64,000 bases of DNA from Haliotis rubra (lineage: Eukaryota), in the NCBI RefSeq assembly GCF_003918875.1, contig NW_025767080.1, forward strand, positions 434,001-498,000, read 5' to 3'. This document shows positions 51,638 to 64,000 of the stretch, piece after piece. Each line of letters opens with the position of its first letter. The stretch's first letter is position 1. Position numbers and translations under genes: made by a program. A model generated the notes under the pieces. It saw only the letters and a list, made by a program, of their open reading frames with translations, made no database searches and had not been told where the DNA came from.

Positions 51638-52800
51638 ACTCCACCATACCCCACTCCACCAAACCACTATACCCCGCTCAATCGTAACCCACTCCACCAT
51701 ACCCCACTCCCTGCTCAATCGTACTCGACTCCACCATACCTCACTCTATCATACCCACCTCCATCATACCCACCTCCATCATACCCCACTCCGCCATACC
51801 CCACTCCATCATACCCCGCTCCATCATACTCCACTCTACCATACTCCACACCACCATACTCCCCTCCACCATACCCCACTCCATCATACTCCACTCTACC
51901 ATACCCCGCTCCATCATACTCCACTCTACCATACCCCACACCGCCATAGACCACTCTACCATACCCCGCTCCATCATACTCCACTCTACCATACCCCACT
52001 CCATCATACTCCACTCTACCATACTCCACACCACCATACTCCCCTCCACCATACCCCACTCCATCATACTCCACTCTACCATACTCCACACCACCATACT
52101 CCCCTCCAGCATACCCCACACCACCATACCCTACTCTACCATACCCCGGTCCACCATACCCCAATCCACCATACCCCACTCCACCATACCCCACACCACC
52201 ATACCCCACTCTACCATACCCTACTCTACCATACCCCGCTCCACCATACCCCACTCTACCATACCCCACTCCATCATACTCCACTCTACCATACCCCACT
52301 CTACCATACCCCACACCATCATACCCCGCACCACCATACACCCGTGAAGATCTGGGGTACAATAAGTCCTCAGCAACCCATGTTGCCACAAAAGGCGACT
52401 ATGCTTGTCGTAAGAGGCAACCAATGGGATCGGGTGGTCAGGCTCACTGACTTTGTTGACACGTCATCGGTTCCAGACTGGTCCAGACTCGTTTATTTAC
52501 AGACCGCCGCCATATAGCTGGAATATTGCGGAGTGCGGTGTAAAACTAAACTCATTCACTCACTCCACTATATCCCACTCCACCATATTCCTCTCCACCA
52601 TACCCCACGCCACCATACTCCACTCCACCATACCCCACTCCACCATACCCCACACCACTCCACCATACCCCACACCAGCATCCCCCACTCCAACATACCC
52701 CACTCCATCATACCCCACTCCTCCATCATACCCCACACCACCATACTCCTCTCCAGCATACCCCACGACACCATACTCCACTCCACCATACCCCACTCCA
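51638..52800. repeat. 15-bp (3x5-nt) C-rich minisatellite (ccataccccactcca)n, interrupted by a SINE at 52341-52565
   Basis: Direct tandem periodicity. It explains the HHTPL, YPTPP and GVGYG ORFs. Confidence 0.95.
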
Positions 52801-53944
52801 CGATATATACCCGTGAAGGTCTGGATTAGAATGAACCTTCAGTAACCCATGCTTGTTATAAGAGGCGACTAACGGGACTGGATGGTGGGGCTCGCTGGGT
52901 TGGTTGACACGTCATCGGTTCCCAATTGCACATATTGATGCTCATTCTGTTGATCACTGGATTGTCTGGTTCAGACTCAATTTTTTACAGACCCCTGCCA
53001 TATAGCTAGAATATTGCTGAGTGTGGCGTAAAACTAAACTCGTTCACTCCACCATACCCCAAGACACAAGTCAGATTTGTCAAAATTACATATCCTGATA
53101 GTTCGGACCTCTCACTGCCCTGATCTGTCAACATCCACAGGACACAACCCACAGCGCCTTGTAAGGTGTTTTGACTCGTTACACTGAAGTCGACATTCTT
53201 AATGTGTGTTATGAGATTACACAACTCGTGTCTGTCATGAGACTGATCTACTATTCTGCTACTTACACTGCTACAAATAAATACATGTAGTTCTGTCTCA
53301 CTCTCATAGTTACATTGTTAGATCAACAGAAACGTATACATGTATATGGAACACTCCATTCAACGCTGGGTAACAAAAAGTACCACCTCTTTTGATAAAA
53401 TACATGTTACCAATACCATACTGACTTCATGTCGGTCAGTCTTTGTTATATCTCCTAAAGCCACACATGTATCGGGTTGGGTAACAAAACATAGCACCTA
53501 TTTTGGTAGGACAGATACATGGGGCCGAACCATGATGATGGACCATCCCATCTCAAAGTGCAAACATTAAACCACAGTGACATGGCAATGCATGGTCAGT
53601 TTCAACCCATGTATCAGTGACAATATGGTGCCCTTTTCGCCAAACAAATTTGGTGCCATTCTGCTGTGGTGCCGTTTTAGCTATAACCCACATGAAAATA
53701 CGTACGTTACTATACTTTAAACAGGTGAGCAAGGAGGTGATATAAAAGCTGGATCTATGGCATCATCAAAGGTGTAACCAACCCAGTGGCCATGGCAACG
53801 AGCCAGTGGACACTTCGTGTCTTCGTCACAGGGAGAGGAGCCAGGCTGAGGACAAGAGTTCCGCCCGTAACCCCCGCTTGAAATGTATTCCATTTATTAG
53901 GATTATTTCTAAAAATAAATAAATAGCAACATCGGCCAGGTTTG

Positions 53945-54013
53945 TAGTTCAGCCAGCTAACGTCGTGTTCACACCGACCTGGGTAGGAACACGACGTTCA
54001 GCTGGCTGAACTA
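53945..54013. mobile_element. 69-bp hairpin mini-transposon with 9-bp TSD
   Basis: tagttcagccagct-aacgtcgtgttc ... gaacacgacgtt-c-agctggctgaacta, with ccaggtttg on both flanks (53936-53944 and 54014-54022). Confidence 0.88.
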
Positions 54014-54935
54014 CCAGGTTTGGAACTCAACTCAATCACATTTTACCGATTACAACATAACTTTCAACTGAAATATTTGGCGGTGGCGGACCGAGAAATC
54101 GAAAGATGGCGTGTGTCACTCTTAGATATTACTACCGCAGTAGTTCACAGTTTTGGAAATTACACATGTAAAACCGGAAACAACTCTGTCCTGAGTCTCG
54201 TGACGATGAATGCACGTAATGTCACATCGTGTAACTTTCAGTAGAATCTGAATCCGCAGATTATTAACGAATCATATCTGGAGAAAGATGCTATTGAAGG
54301 AACATGTGTCATTTGTTCATGCAATACACACACACTTTACAGAAATACCCCGAAAATACATGAATAGTAACCACAGCTCATGTGACAAGATAGATTGTCT
54401 ACCGATCGAGACGAGTCAACTACGCAGAGAGGTGTGAAAAAATGTAATTCTAAATAAAGATATTTTTAAAAGTGAGTAAAGATACTTATAAAACGTATCC
54501 CCGAATTCGCTAATGTGAAATTATCAATCATTCGATCCTACACTTGATACGCTGTAGGTAGAAAATAACGTTTTTGAAAAGGTACGAGGTCTCCTAACAC
54601 CCATTGCGTTTTAGAATCGTCCATAATAGGGGGTTCCCCGTATAAGGATCCTGTCCAGGGGAAGTAACCGGATGAACTGCGACAATATCGATTGCGCATA
54701 TAGGCCTTTTAAGGCCTAAGGTCGCCATACCTCCCTACAATATCGATTTTGTGACCGCGTTTTTTTTTACGTATGCGTGTTATTGTTTAGAGTTAGACTT
54801 TTGCTTGATTTATATCCATATAATGCTTGTGATTTTAGTGTCTCATAGGTCAAATGGCCGGTTGCTTTTTGTGTTTAATGTATGTCGGTAATGTAATGAA
54901 GCAGAGACCATATATCGGTATATGGTCTCTGAATG

Positions 54936-55561
54936 GGGTTATAGCTAAAACGGCACCACAGCAGAACGGCACCAAATTTGTGTGGCGAAAACGGCACCAT
55001 ATTGGCGAAAACGGCTACTGATATCTGGGCTAAAACGGCACCATATATAAAACAAAGTATGACGTTGACTCATGTTTAATTTCATTTCATTATAACATCA
55101 GCAAGATTATATCAACATATGAGTCATTCTCAAAATCCGTGCATATTTATGTCAGATGTTTGTATCCGCCAAACTTAAGTCAAAATCAAACCAAAAAAAT
55201 TATGGTAACTAACTTATCACAATATTTTTCTACACTTTACAGTAACAAAAGTAGGGAAACTATATTTTTATATTAACTTTACACCACCCAATTTTACTCA
55301 ATGTTCATGTGTCACAACTCCAGTGGCTAAAAATACATCCTTGTTCTTAAATTTTGATAGTTCCGACATAATAGTAGATGTATTTATTATCTGCAATCCG
55401 ATTATCTTATAACAAACTAGTTTTCCCCATAAGATTTTAGTTTGTGCCGTTTTCGCCATAAGATTTGTAGCCGTTTTCGCCAAGTCGAGGTTCCGTTATG
55501 TCCAAATGGTGCCGTTTTCGCCAGGTGCCGTTTTGCTGTGGTTCCATTTTAGCCTGCACCC
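54936..55561. mobile_element. 626-bp non-autonomous DNA transposon, GGG..CCC ends, 8-bp TSD
   Basis: Imperfect TIRs gggttatagctaaaacggcaccacagc / gctgtggttccattttagcctgcaccc, subterminal ggcgaaaacggcac repeats, TSD tctgaatg (54928-54935 and 55562-55569). A solo inverted end lies at ~53626-53689. Confidence 0.9.
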
Positions 55562-55977
55562 TCTGAATGAAGCACGTGACACTTTAATAAAGATTTTCTC
55601 TCTCTCACACATACCTGAATAGATATCACTTCATGACAATGGATATCTGTAGCCGAGTCTATGTCTTTGTGTGAGATAAGACAATTTAAGGCATATAATA
55701 TATTCTGTATATGAAGACATTGCTGTCAAACTTAAATCGAGATCGATGTACTTTGTGTAAGTAGGACTAGTTGCATTCCACAGAATCTACAGTTCTCATA
55801 AACTTTACATACATTCAGTGGTACAAAATCTATCAATATCAGTTGCTGCCTAACTGCTTGTGCTAAAACGTTTTTAGCAAAAAACGTGAAAAAATAAGAA
55901 GTTTGATGTTCTGTATTCTATCATGTAGTGAGAGTAATATCATATACACAGTTTGCAACTTAGCATGCAGTTTGTAC

Positions 55978-56083
55978 CATAGGCGCCTGACTCTGATATG
56001 TTTATAAGTATGACCTATATATATAAGATATATCTTATATATATAGGTCATACTTATAAACATATCAGAGTCAAGCGCCTATG
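55978..56083. mobile_element. 106-bp near-perfect palindrome with CATAG..CTATG ends and 8-bp TSD (P-element-like mini element)
   Basis: Arms of about 53 bp with one mismatch. gtttgtac on both flanks (55970-55977 and 56084-56091). Confidence 0.88.
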
Positions 56084-57538
56084 GTTTGTACTGGCAGGGG
56101 TAGTGATACATATTAACCCCACTAGTTTATGTTTTAACCTCAGATTCATGTCAGCAGTCTGACACACTATGCATCCCTGGTTTTAGCTTTTTTTTCAATA
56201 TGAATTGTCCTCAATGATACTAAGTACGATTAAATGGTGTGAAACCAGTCCTAAAGTAATGGTTGAATAAGCAATAGGTTGCAGAGTTCCAGCTGTTGCG
56301 AGTTGGCATTTGTTTTTGACATGCAGTTCATTTAGCATTGTATGGTTGTCTGTTGTCAGATCATCAGGCGTTTTGCTACCTGTATAAGGAGACACAAGGT
56401 TGGTACATCCATTCAAAGATAGACAGGGCTTCACTGCATAGAGAGATAGATGACACACCATTAAATGATGCATAGCATAGCAAGGAAAGACCACTGACCA
56501 TGGAAAGATAAAGTTGTGTTGTCTATCTTTATGGTCTGATGTGTATTTCTGATCTTGTCAACACAATATCAGTTGTGAACTTAAAACATTTGTCTCTCAT
56601 TTATATTAGGTAGGCTAGTGATGAAAGTGTTCACTCATAATACACGTGAAGTAGGTTCTGTTCCTCACATGGTTACAGTGTGTAAAATTGATCATATATT
56701 CATTCCCCTAGTGATTGCTAAAATATTGCTGAAAGCTGTTTAACCTCCACTCGCTCTCATATTCACTAACTCACTCATTCACTGTAAATATACATTAATC
56801 AGGTAGTTTAGACATATTGTAATCTGACTTGAGTTAATGACAAGTTCATATTGCTTCCTCAAATCTACAGCTGGGTCAAAGTGCTTTGTTAAAGACAACT
56901 CTATTCAGAATTAAATTGTGAACCTGGTTTTATATACATGTTGTATATTTATACATTAGACACTTTAGACATAGTTCATTTTGCAAAGGTAGTACTAAAA
57001 CGATACCTTGGCAGCTGTGGTTGTCTATGAATGGATGACCTAACTTTGTACTTGTCAGGTTCTGCGTGAGTTCACAAATTCAGTTACCGTGGTTACGGTC
57101 CTCCCACTTTTTTAGCTGTGCTTTGTTAAGGACCAAACATTACCGACACAGTCTGTCCGATACAACTTTAATGTCTCAGCCATTTATTGTCAGTGTTACA
57201 GGACGCGTCATTTGGTCATGCATGGATAATGTATTGAACATATAATGATAGGGGTCAGGTGTCCGATTATCGGGTCACTTTGTAAATAGACGTATTTGTC
57301 AGTGTCTCATGCTTGGCAGTAATTATAGTGTCAAATTATTGGAGAAGCCTGCTTTGTGTTCTGTGGCAGTGTATGTCCATTCTATGTCTACTCTTATTAT
57401 ACTACTCAACTTTGATAGGGATATGTTGTATTTAAATACATACAAGATGAAAGAAAACTGTTTTAGTGGTATATAGGTTTGACGTTTCAATGACAAGCCT
57501 ATTTTTAGTGGCATGATTCCACTGTGTTGCAGATCACA

Positions 57539-60500
57539 ATGGTGGATGTTTTGTTCCTGTGCATTGGTTGTGTTGTCGTCCTTTGTGTCATACAACTACT
57601 TCGACTGATCAAAGCTGACTGTGACCTGGTGCTACAATGGGCAACATGTTTTGGAAAATCTCCAAGTATGCATTTAAAGTTTTAAAATAGGAATATTGGC
57701 TGGATAGATTCAATCAGATGTAACTCTAGAGAGGAATGGAGAACCGTGAGAATGTGGCAGACACAGCAGTCATCCAGAGAAATTATTTATCCCTCTGTTG
57801 ATGTCAATTGGCAGACACAGCAGGCATCCAGAGAAATTATTTACCCTTCTGTTGATGTCAATTAACAGACACAGCAGGCATCCAGAGAAATTATTTACCC
57901 TTCTGCAGATGTCAATTAACAGACACACCAGTCATCCAGGGAAATTATTTACCTTTCTGTTGATGTCAATTAACAGACACAGCAGGCATCCAGAGAAATT
58001 ATTTACCCTTCTGCAGATGTCAATTAACAGACACACCAGTCATCCAGGGAAATTATTTACCTTTCTGTTGATGTCAATTAACAGACACAGCAGGCATCCA
58101 GAGAAATTATTTACTCTTCTGCAGATGTCAATTAACAGACACAGCAGGCATCCAGAGGAAATTATTTACCTTTCTGTTGATGTCAATTAACAGACACAGC
58201 AGGCATCCAGAGAAATTATTTACTCTTCTGCAGATGTCAATTAACAGACACAGCAGGCATCCAGAGAAATTATTTACCCTTCTGCAGATGTCAATTAACA
58301 GACACAGCAGGCATCCAGAGAAATTATTTATCTTTCTGTTGATGTCAGTTGACAGACACAGCAGGCATCCAGAGAAATTATTTACCCTTCTGCAGATGTC
58401 AATTAACAGACACAGCAGGCATCCAGGGAAATTATTTACCTTTCTGTTGATGTCAGTTAACAGACACAGCAGGCATCCAGAGAAATTATTTATCTTTCTG
58501 TTGATGTCAATTAACAGACACAGCAGGCATCCAGAGAAATTATTTACTCTTCTGCAGATGTCAATTAACAGACACAGCAGGCATCCAGAGAAATTATTTA
58601 TCTTTCTGTTGATGTCAGTTGGCAGACACAGCAGGCATCCAGAGAAATTATTTACCCTTCTGCAGATGTCAATTAACAGACACAGCAGGCATCCAGGGAA
58701 ATTATTTACCTTTCTGTTGCTGTCAATTAACAGACACAGCAGGCATCCAGAGAAATTATTTATCTTTCTGTTGATGTCAATTAACAGACACAGCAGGCAT
58801 CCAGAGAAATTATTTACTCTTCTGCAGATGTCAATTAACAGACACAGCAGGCATCCAGGGAAATTATTTACCCTTCTGCAGATGTCAATTAACAGACACA
58901 CCAATCATCCAGGGAAATTATTTACCTTTCTGTTGATGTCAATTAACAGACACAGCAGGCATCCAGAGAAATTATTTACTCTTCTGCAGATGTCAATTAA
59001 CAGACACAGCAGGCATCCAGGGAAATTATTTACCCTTCTGCAGATGTCAATTAACAGACACACCAGTCATCCAGGGAAATTATTTACCTTTCTGTTGATA
59101 TCAATTAACAGACACAGCAGGCATCCAGAGAAATTATTTATCTTTCTGTTGATATCAATTAACAGACACAGCAGGCATCCAGAGAAATTATGTACTCTTC
59201 TGCAGATGTCAATTAACAGACACAGCAGGCATCCAGAGAAATTATTTACCCTTCTGCAGATGTCAATTAACAGACACACCAGTCATCCAGGGAAATTATT
59301 TACCTTTCTGTTGATGTCAATTAACAGACACACCAGTCATCCAGGGAAATTATTTACCCTTCTGCAGATGTCAATTAACAGACACAGCAGGCATCCAGAG
59401 AAATTATTTATCTTTCTGTTGATGTCAGTTGGCAGACACAGCAGGCATCCAGAGAAATTATTTACCCTTCTGCAGATGTCAATTAACAGACACAGCAGGC
59501 ATCCAGAGAAATTATTTACCTTTCTGTTGATGTCAAATTGCAGACACAGCAGGCATCCAGAGATTATATTTACCTTTCTGTTGATGTCAATTAACAGACA
59601 CAGCTGTCATCCAGAGAATTTATTTACTTTTCTGTTGATGTCAACTGGCAGACACAGCTGTCATCCACAGAATTTGTTTACCTTTCTGTTGATGTCAACT
59701 GGCAGACACAGCTGTCATCTAGAGATTATATTTACCTTTTTGTTGATGTCAATTAACAGACACAGCTGTCATCCAGAGAATTGATTAACTCTTCTGTTGA
59801 TGGCAATTGGCAGACACAGCTGTCATCCAGAGAATTTATGTACAATTCTGTTGATGGTAGTTCTCATTCAATGCATTTTAGTGTCATAAACAAATTATTT
59901 AGAAATATTAAGTTTACCTCTTTCTTTTTCCTAGTCAGAGAAAAATGTGTTGGTGTATCCTGTATAAAACAATATTGTTTGTACTTTGCACATAAAACAT
60001 ACTTTGAAGTGCATGTTTCTCCTTACATCATACTGCTTTGATATTATAATCAATAAAATACGTAACTTATGTGCAGTTTACAACAAATATTGTTTACATT
60101 TACAGTGGAAATTAAAAAAGAATACAAGTTGTAAGGCTGCCTGGCGCTCGACATTATTTTGGAGAATAAAGGCAGGAGTTAAATGAGGGACTGGATGGGT
60201 TGAAGTATAATGTGTCTGAATGGGGTATCCATACTAAACTTTGTCATGGTATTTCAGTGGTCTTGCTCTATGAAAACAGCATAAGTCTGGACAAGGACAT
60301 TCCACTGTTTATGATATTTCTGAGATTGCATGTCAGACAATGTTAAAGCTGTAAATATGTCCAACTCTTTGCTATAATGTTTAATCTATTCCTACACCAG
60401 AGCGCCTGAGAGGTAAAGTGGTGTGGGTGACTGGGGCCTCCAGCGGTATCGGGGAGTCCCTCGTTTACGAGCTGGCATCTGTTGGATGTCGTCTGGTACT

Positions 60501-63500
60501 GTCTGCCCGTCGAGAAGAGGAGTTGAACAGAGTAAAGAAGCAATGTCTGAGTACGTCCAGTAGCCTTGGAACTAGTCAGTGATGTCTCAGTACGTCCAGT
60601 AGCCTTGAAACTAGTCAGTGATGTCTCAGTACGTCCCAGTAGCTTGGAATTAGTCAGTGATGTCTCAGTACGTCCAGTAGCCTTGGAACTAGTCAGTGAG
60701 ATCTCTGTACATCCAGTAGCCTTGGAAATAGTCAGTGATGTCTCAGTACGTCCAGTAGCCTTCGAACTTGTCAGTGATGTCTCAGTATGTTCAGTAGCCT
60801 TGGAACTAGTCAGTGATGTCTGAGTACGTCCCAGTAGCCTTGGAACTAGTCAGTGATGTCTCAGTACATCCAGTAGCCTTGAAACTAGTCAGTGATGTGT
60901 CAGTACATCCTAGTAGCCTTGGAACTTCTGATTTCTGATGTGTGTGTTCCTTCTTTTTGGATGTGTGTTCCTGCCCAACTGATGTGTGTATCTAAGTGTG
61001 TGTTTTCCCACCAGCATGTGGCCCGCTTCAAGACAATGACATCATGGTGGTGCCATTGGACATGGTCAAGCAACATGAACATGCAGATGCTGTCAAGAAA
61101 GTCCTCCAGCATTTTAAACAGGTACTTCCTTGGTCCCATGTGTCTATTTCTGTGTGCACAGTTAGAAACAGCTACTGTTGTCAATCTCCAATATTCCAAG
61201 ACAAAAACTTACCAAAATTTACCATTTCTGTTAGTTTTATCTGTTTGAAACAGAACTGCTTTAAGGTTTTGATGGTTTGGACCACCATGTCCTCCACTGC
61301 AGCTGATATTCCTGATGTCTGCTATGCAAAGCATTCAAGTTATACAGGTTTAACTTTGTTGTACTTCATCTAAATCAGCTTAACAAAGTCAAAACAAAAG
61401 GAGCTTGTTGTTTCACTTTTTCTGAAACTTTTACCTTTAGGTATGATATGCCTAATCCTACCCACTGTTGGAGCAGGACATGTTTTGAAAAGCATTTTTT
61501 TGAAAGGTCAAGGTCAGTGTTCAGATTTATGGAACACATGGTTAAAACATTGTTGATTCGTCACATGCAATAAAATTGGTTTACTCTTCAGGCATGAAAT
61601 ATCATATTTATTTGTTTGTCAACATGTCCCACCACATCAAATGTCAACAACATTTTTTTGTCAAATGTCAGGGTCTTTTGTCAGATAATTCTTGACATTT
61701 GCACGATTAGAAAATGTGCTTCAATGAATTTATTCAACATGGTCCTATCAAAAATCTTCTGGGCACAGGGATTAAAATGAATGTGTATACCGATTTTGGT
61801 GTCTATAAACATGCTTTGAAAGGTTTAGGTCAAAATATGTCAAAGGTCAAAGTGAGCAGTCAGTTTCTGAAGCATGATTATTTTTATAAACATGAAATAT
61901 CAGAACATCAAATATTCTTGAAAGAAGGAATAATGAAAAGATAGTGTGACGTTAACAAAGTGTGTGTAACTGATGGACAATAGGATGTATAATTTACTCT
62001 TCAGATAGACATTCTGGTGAACAATGCTGGCCGCTCACAGAGAGCTGAATGGGTGAAAACATCCGTTGACGTTGATCGTGAGATGCTGGAAACCAATGTC
62101 CTGGGACCCTTATCACTGACTAAAGCTGTCCTTCCCGACATGATAGCTCGGAGGGACGGTCACATTGTGGTCATGAGTAGTGTTGCTGGCAAAGTGGGTA
62201 TGTGTGACTTGAGTTTTACACATTGATTTACAAAGTGTGTGCCTGTACATTTCTTTCACGAGGGCTGGGACAAGTAACCCGAATATCAGGGACAGGTGAG
62301 TAATGAGTTGGACCCAATTACCCGTCTCAATACCCGGACCCGTTATGATCATGTGACTAATAGATTAAACAATGTTATATGTTATACTTTTATGATTAAA
62401 AGGTTGTATTGACAATTTGTCTTTGAAGATTTAGACATAATTTATAGTCACTTCTTTTGAATATAATTCATGGTTAAGATATTGAAAAACTTGAAATTTT
62501 AGCCTCCGAACTGAAGAATATATTGCAATTTCTTGCAAATTTGATGTCAGGAATTAACATAATGGGTATCCAGGTAGGGTAGGGTACTAGGGGATGGGGT
62601 ACCCAGGAAGATAATTTGGACCCGTCCCAGCCCTATATTACACTGAAGTCAGTTCTTATGAATGTCAACAGTTATAACTTCTGAGGCTGCTCAATTAATC
62701 ACTATGGCACAAATAAAAGAAGATACAAAATCAATCAACAATATAGCACCAAGCAATAAGCCATCACTGCCTCAGCCAATCAGGAAAATCATAGGTGTTG
62801 CTATACTTCTTTCCATGTGTATTCTTAACATTTATAGATTTCGACACCAGATAGCATGACAGTAGAACAGGTAACCCTCACTGCAGTCAGACTTAATGGT
62901 CTGTTCATTACCAAAATAACATGGGAAAAGGTCAGCATGTCTTAACTCTCAGAAATGGGTCATCCTCTCATCAACAGGTGATGGGTGCCCAAACTGCCTG
63001 AGGCTGGGGTGTTACTCTGTGCAGTCAATGTCAAAACTTCATGTATATGTTTAATAACTAGGTCATTGCATTTGTCACATGTTGTGTTGGTCATTACTGT
63101 AATGGTAGTTCAGGATTTCAAATTAGATACAAGGTTAATTTGTTAAGAAGGCTAAATAGTAGTTGAGCCTTGCAATATCAATACTGCTGCTTCCTATTGT
63201 GTATGGACCCGAACAATACTTATTTCAGAAAGAAATAGGATTGGCCAACAGGCATAGAAACCTTAGTAAAGACCTCTCCTTTAAAAACTTACATCATAAA
63301 CAGGACAGTACAGCAATCCTGAAAATAAGTAAAATATACATATATCAAAAGTCTGCATTTGAATACAATGCAATTATTACAATATATTAAATTAACCTTG
63401 GAAATGGATGAGTCTCATTGGTTGGTCAATAAAGACAAGTATCGGGGAACAAGTGCCCATTCTGCCCTAGTCTGGGCTGTGACTGCCTAAATATGTTTTT

Positions 63501-63918
63501 TTATTTATTTTGGCATTACATTTGCTAGCTGTGGTGTTTCTGGCTTTACTGTATTGTTGATTCGGCATTCCAGAATAGACAGCCATGTTGATGTGGTTTG
63601 ATTGTTGAGAATGTCAAAGGTTTTCACCTTTGCAACAATAAATGTAGTTCAAGTTCTGTGTAAGATGAATGTCAAATTCTGCTTGAACCTATTATAAACA
63701 AATATGTAGTACTCCTGGAGTTGTAACATGACAAAAGTAACTCATACCTTAATCAAGGCAATGACCTCAACCAACTCCTTGCATCATAACCTTTTGTCTT
63801 TGCAGCTGATTGTATGATGTATTTTGTCTCTGACAATGTCTGAATCAAATGTCACAGATGTTTAATTGCAGGAGCTCCACTGTCTGGATCGTACACGGGG
63901 TCTAAACATGCGATCCAG
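57539..63918 (+). CDS. DHRS7: Short-chain dehydrogenase/reductase DHRS7, 5' part (continues beyond window)
   Basis: Phase-consistent exons 57539-57665 (signal anchor, [17 protein letters not shown]), 60401-60550 ([19 protein letters not shown]), 61015-61121, 62005-62197 ([22 protein letters not shown]) and 63872-63918 (catalytic YTGSK). The N-terminal ADxDLxLxWA and NNAGRSQR motifs fit DHRS7 rather than DHRS7B. Confidence 0.9.
57753..59856. repeat. 48-bp minisatellite (~44 copies) in DHRS7 intron
   Basis: Unit cagacacagcaggcatccagagaaattatttacccttctg(ca/tt)gatgtcaattaa. It explains the 535-aa ORF. Confidence 0.97.
60543..60927. repeat. 39-bp minisatellite (~10 copies) spanning the 5' splice site of DHRS7 exon 60401-60550
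   Basis: Unit atgtct(g/c)a|gtacgtccagtagccttggaactagtcagtg. The first unit contains the true donor at 60551. Confidence 0.95.
62260..62635. mobile_element. Old hAT-like MITE
   Basis: agggctgggac ... gtcccagccct(a) terminal inversion with subterminal accc/gggt repeats. The TSD is only degenerate (tctttcac / tattacac). Confidence 0.6.
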
Positions 63919-64000
63919 GCAAGTCATAGTGTTTTTAAAGGTTTTACATTGTAACTTGTTGATTCCCAAGTTGAAACTTAATTTTAAAAGTTAACCAGGA

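Noticed and set aside
51539-52845. His-, Pro/Tyr- or Gly/Tyr-rich ORFs resembling shell-matrix, extensin or cuticle proteins
   Set aside because: A 15-bp minisatellite open in many frames on both strands, interrupted by SINEs, with no convincing signal-peptide exon or splice structure.
54106-54171. Short ORF starting AAGATGGCG as the first exon of another gene
   Set aside because: It stops after about 21 codons and I could not link it to downstream exons. It is kept only as a promoter motif.
58128-59784. 535-aa and 258-aa repeat ORFs
   Set aside because: They arise from a 48-bp (16-codon) satellite inside a DHRS7 intron and show no domain signature.

Overview
This is eukaryotic, AT-rich, intron-rich animal DNA. 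The SINE families and gene set suggest a mollusc, probably a gastropod such as abalone (inference). Three protein-coding genes were reconstructed by hand from splice sites and reading phase. (1) NPHP1/nephrocystin-1 on the minus strand: about 29 exons, 45955 to about 966, about 810 aa, with coiled-coil, acidic tracts, SH3 and nephrocystin homology domain. (2) NDUFAF1/CIA30 on the plus strand, head-to-head with NPHP1 (46878-49723). (3) The 5' five coding exons of DHRS7 on the plus strand (57539 to beyond the window). A DIRS1-type tyrosine-recombinase retrotransposon (30852-37453; inverted terminal repeats, ICR, gag/RT/RNaseH/methylase/YR remnants) sits in the intron that splits the NPHP1 SH3 domain. 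Introns also carry tRNA-SINEs, head-less Meta-like SINEs, several MITE classes, an L2/CR1 3' end and large minisatellites. Most long ORFs in the supplied track are repeat artefacts. The notable observations are: three minisatellites that are amplifications of real exon/intron junctions; candidate 2-, 6- and 9-nt microexons or recursive splice sites in NPHP1; an internal donor that would delete the whole acidic region in frame; a covarying pseudoknot at the fixed 5' end of the head-less SINE; and tiny nested hairpin transposons. Homopolymer indels and a suspicious 1-kb duplication suggest imperfect assembly, which limits frameshift-based claims.
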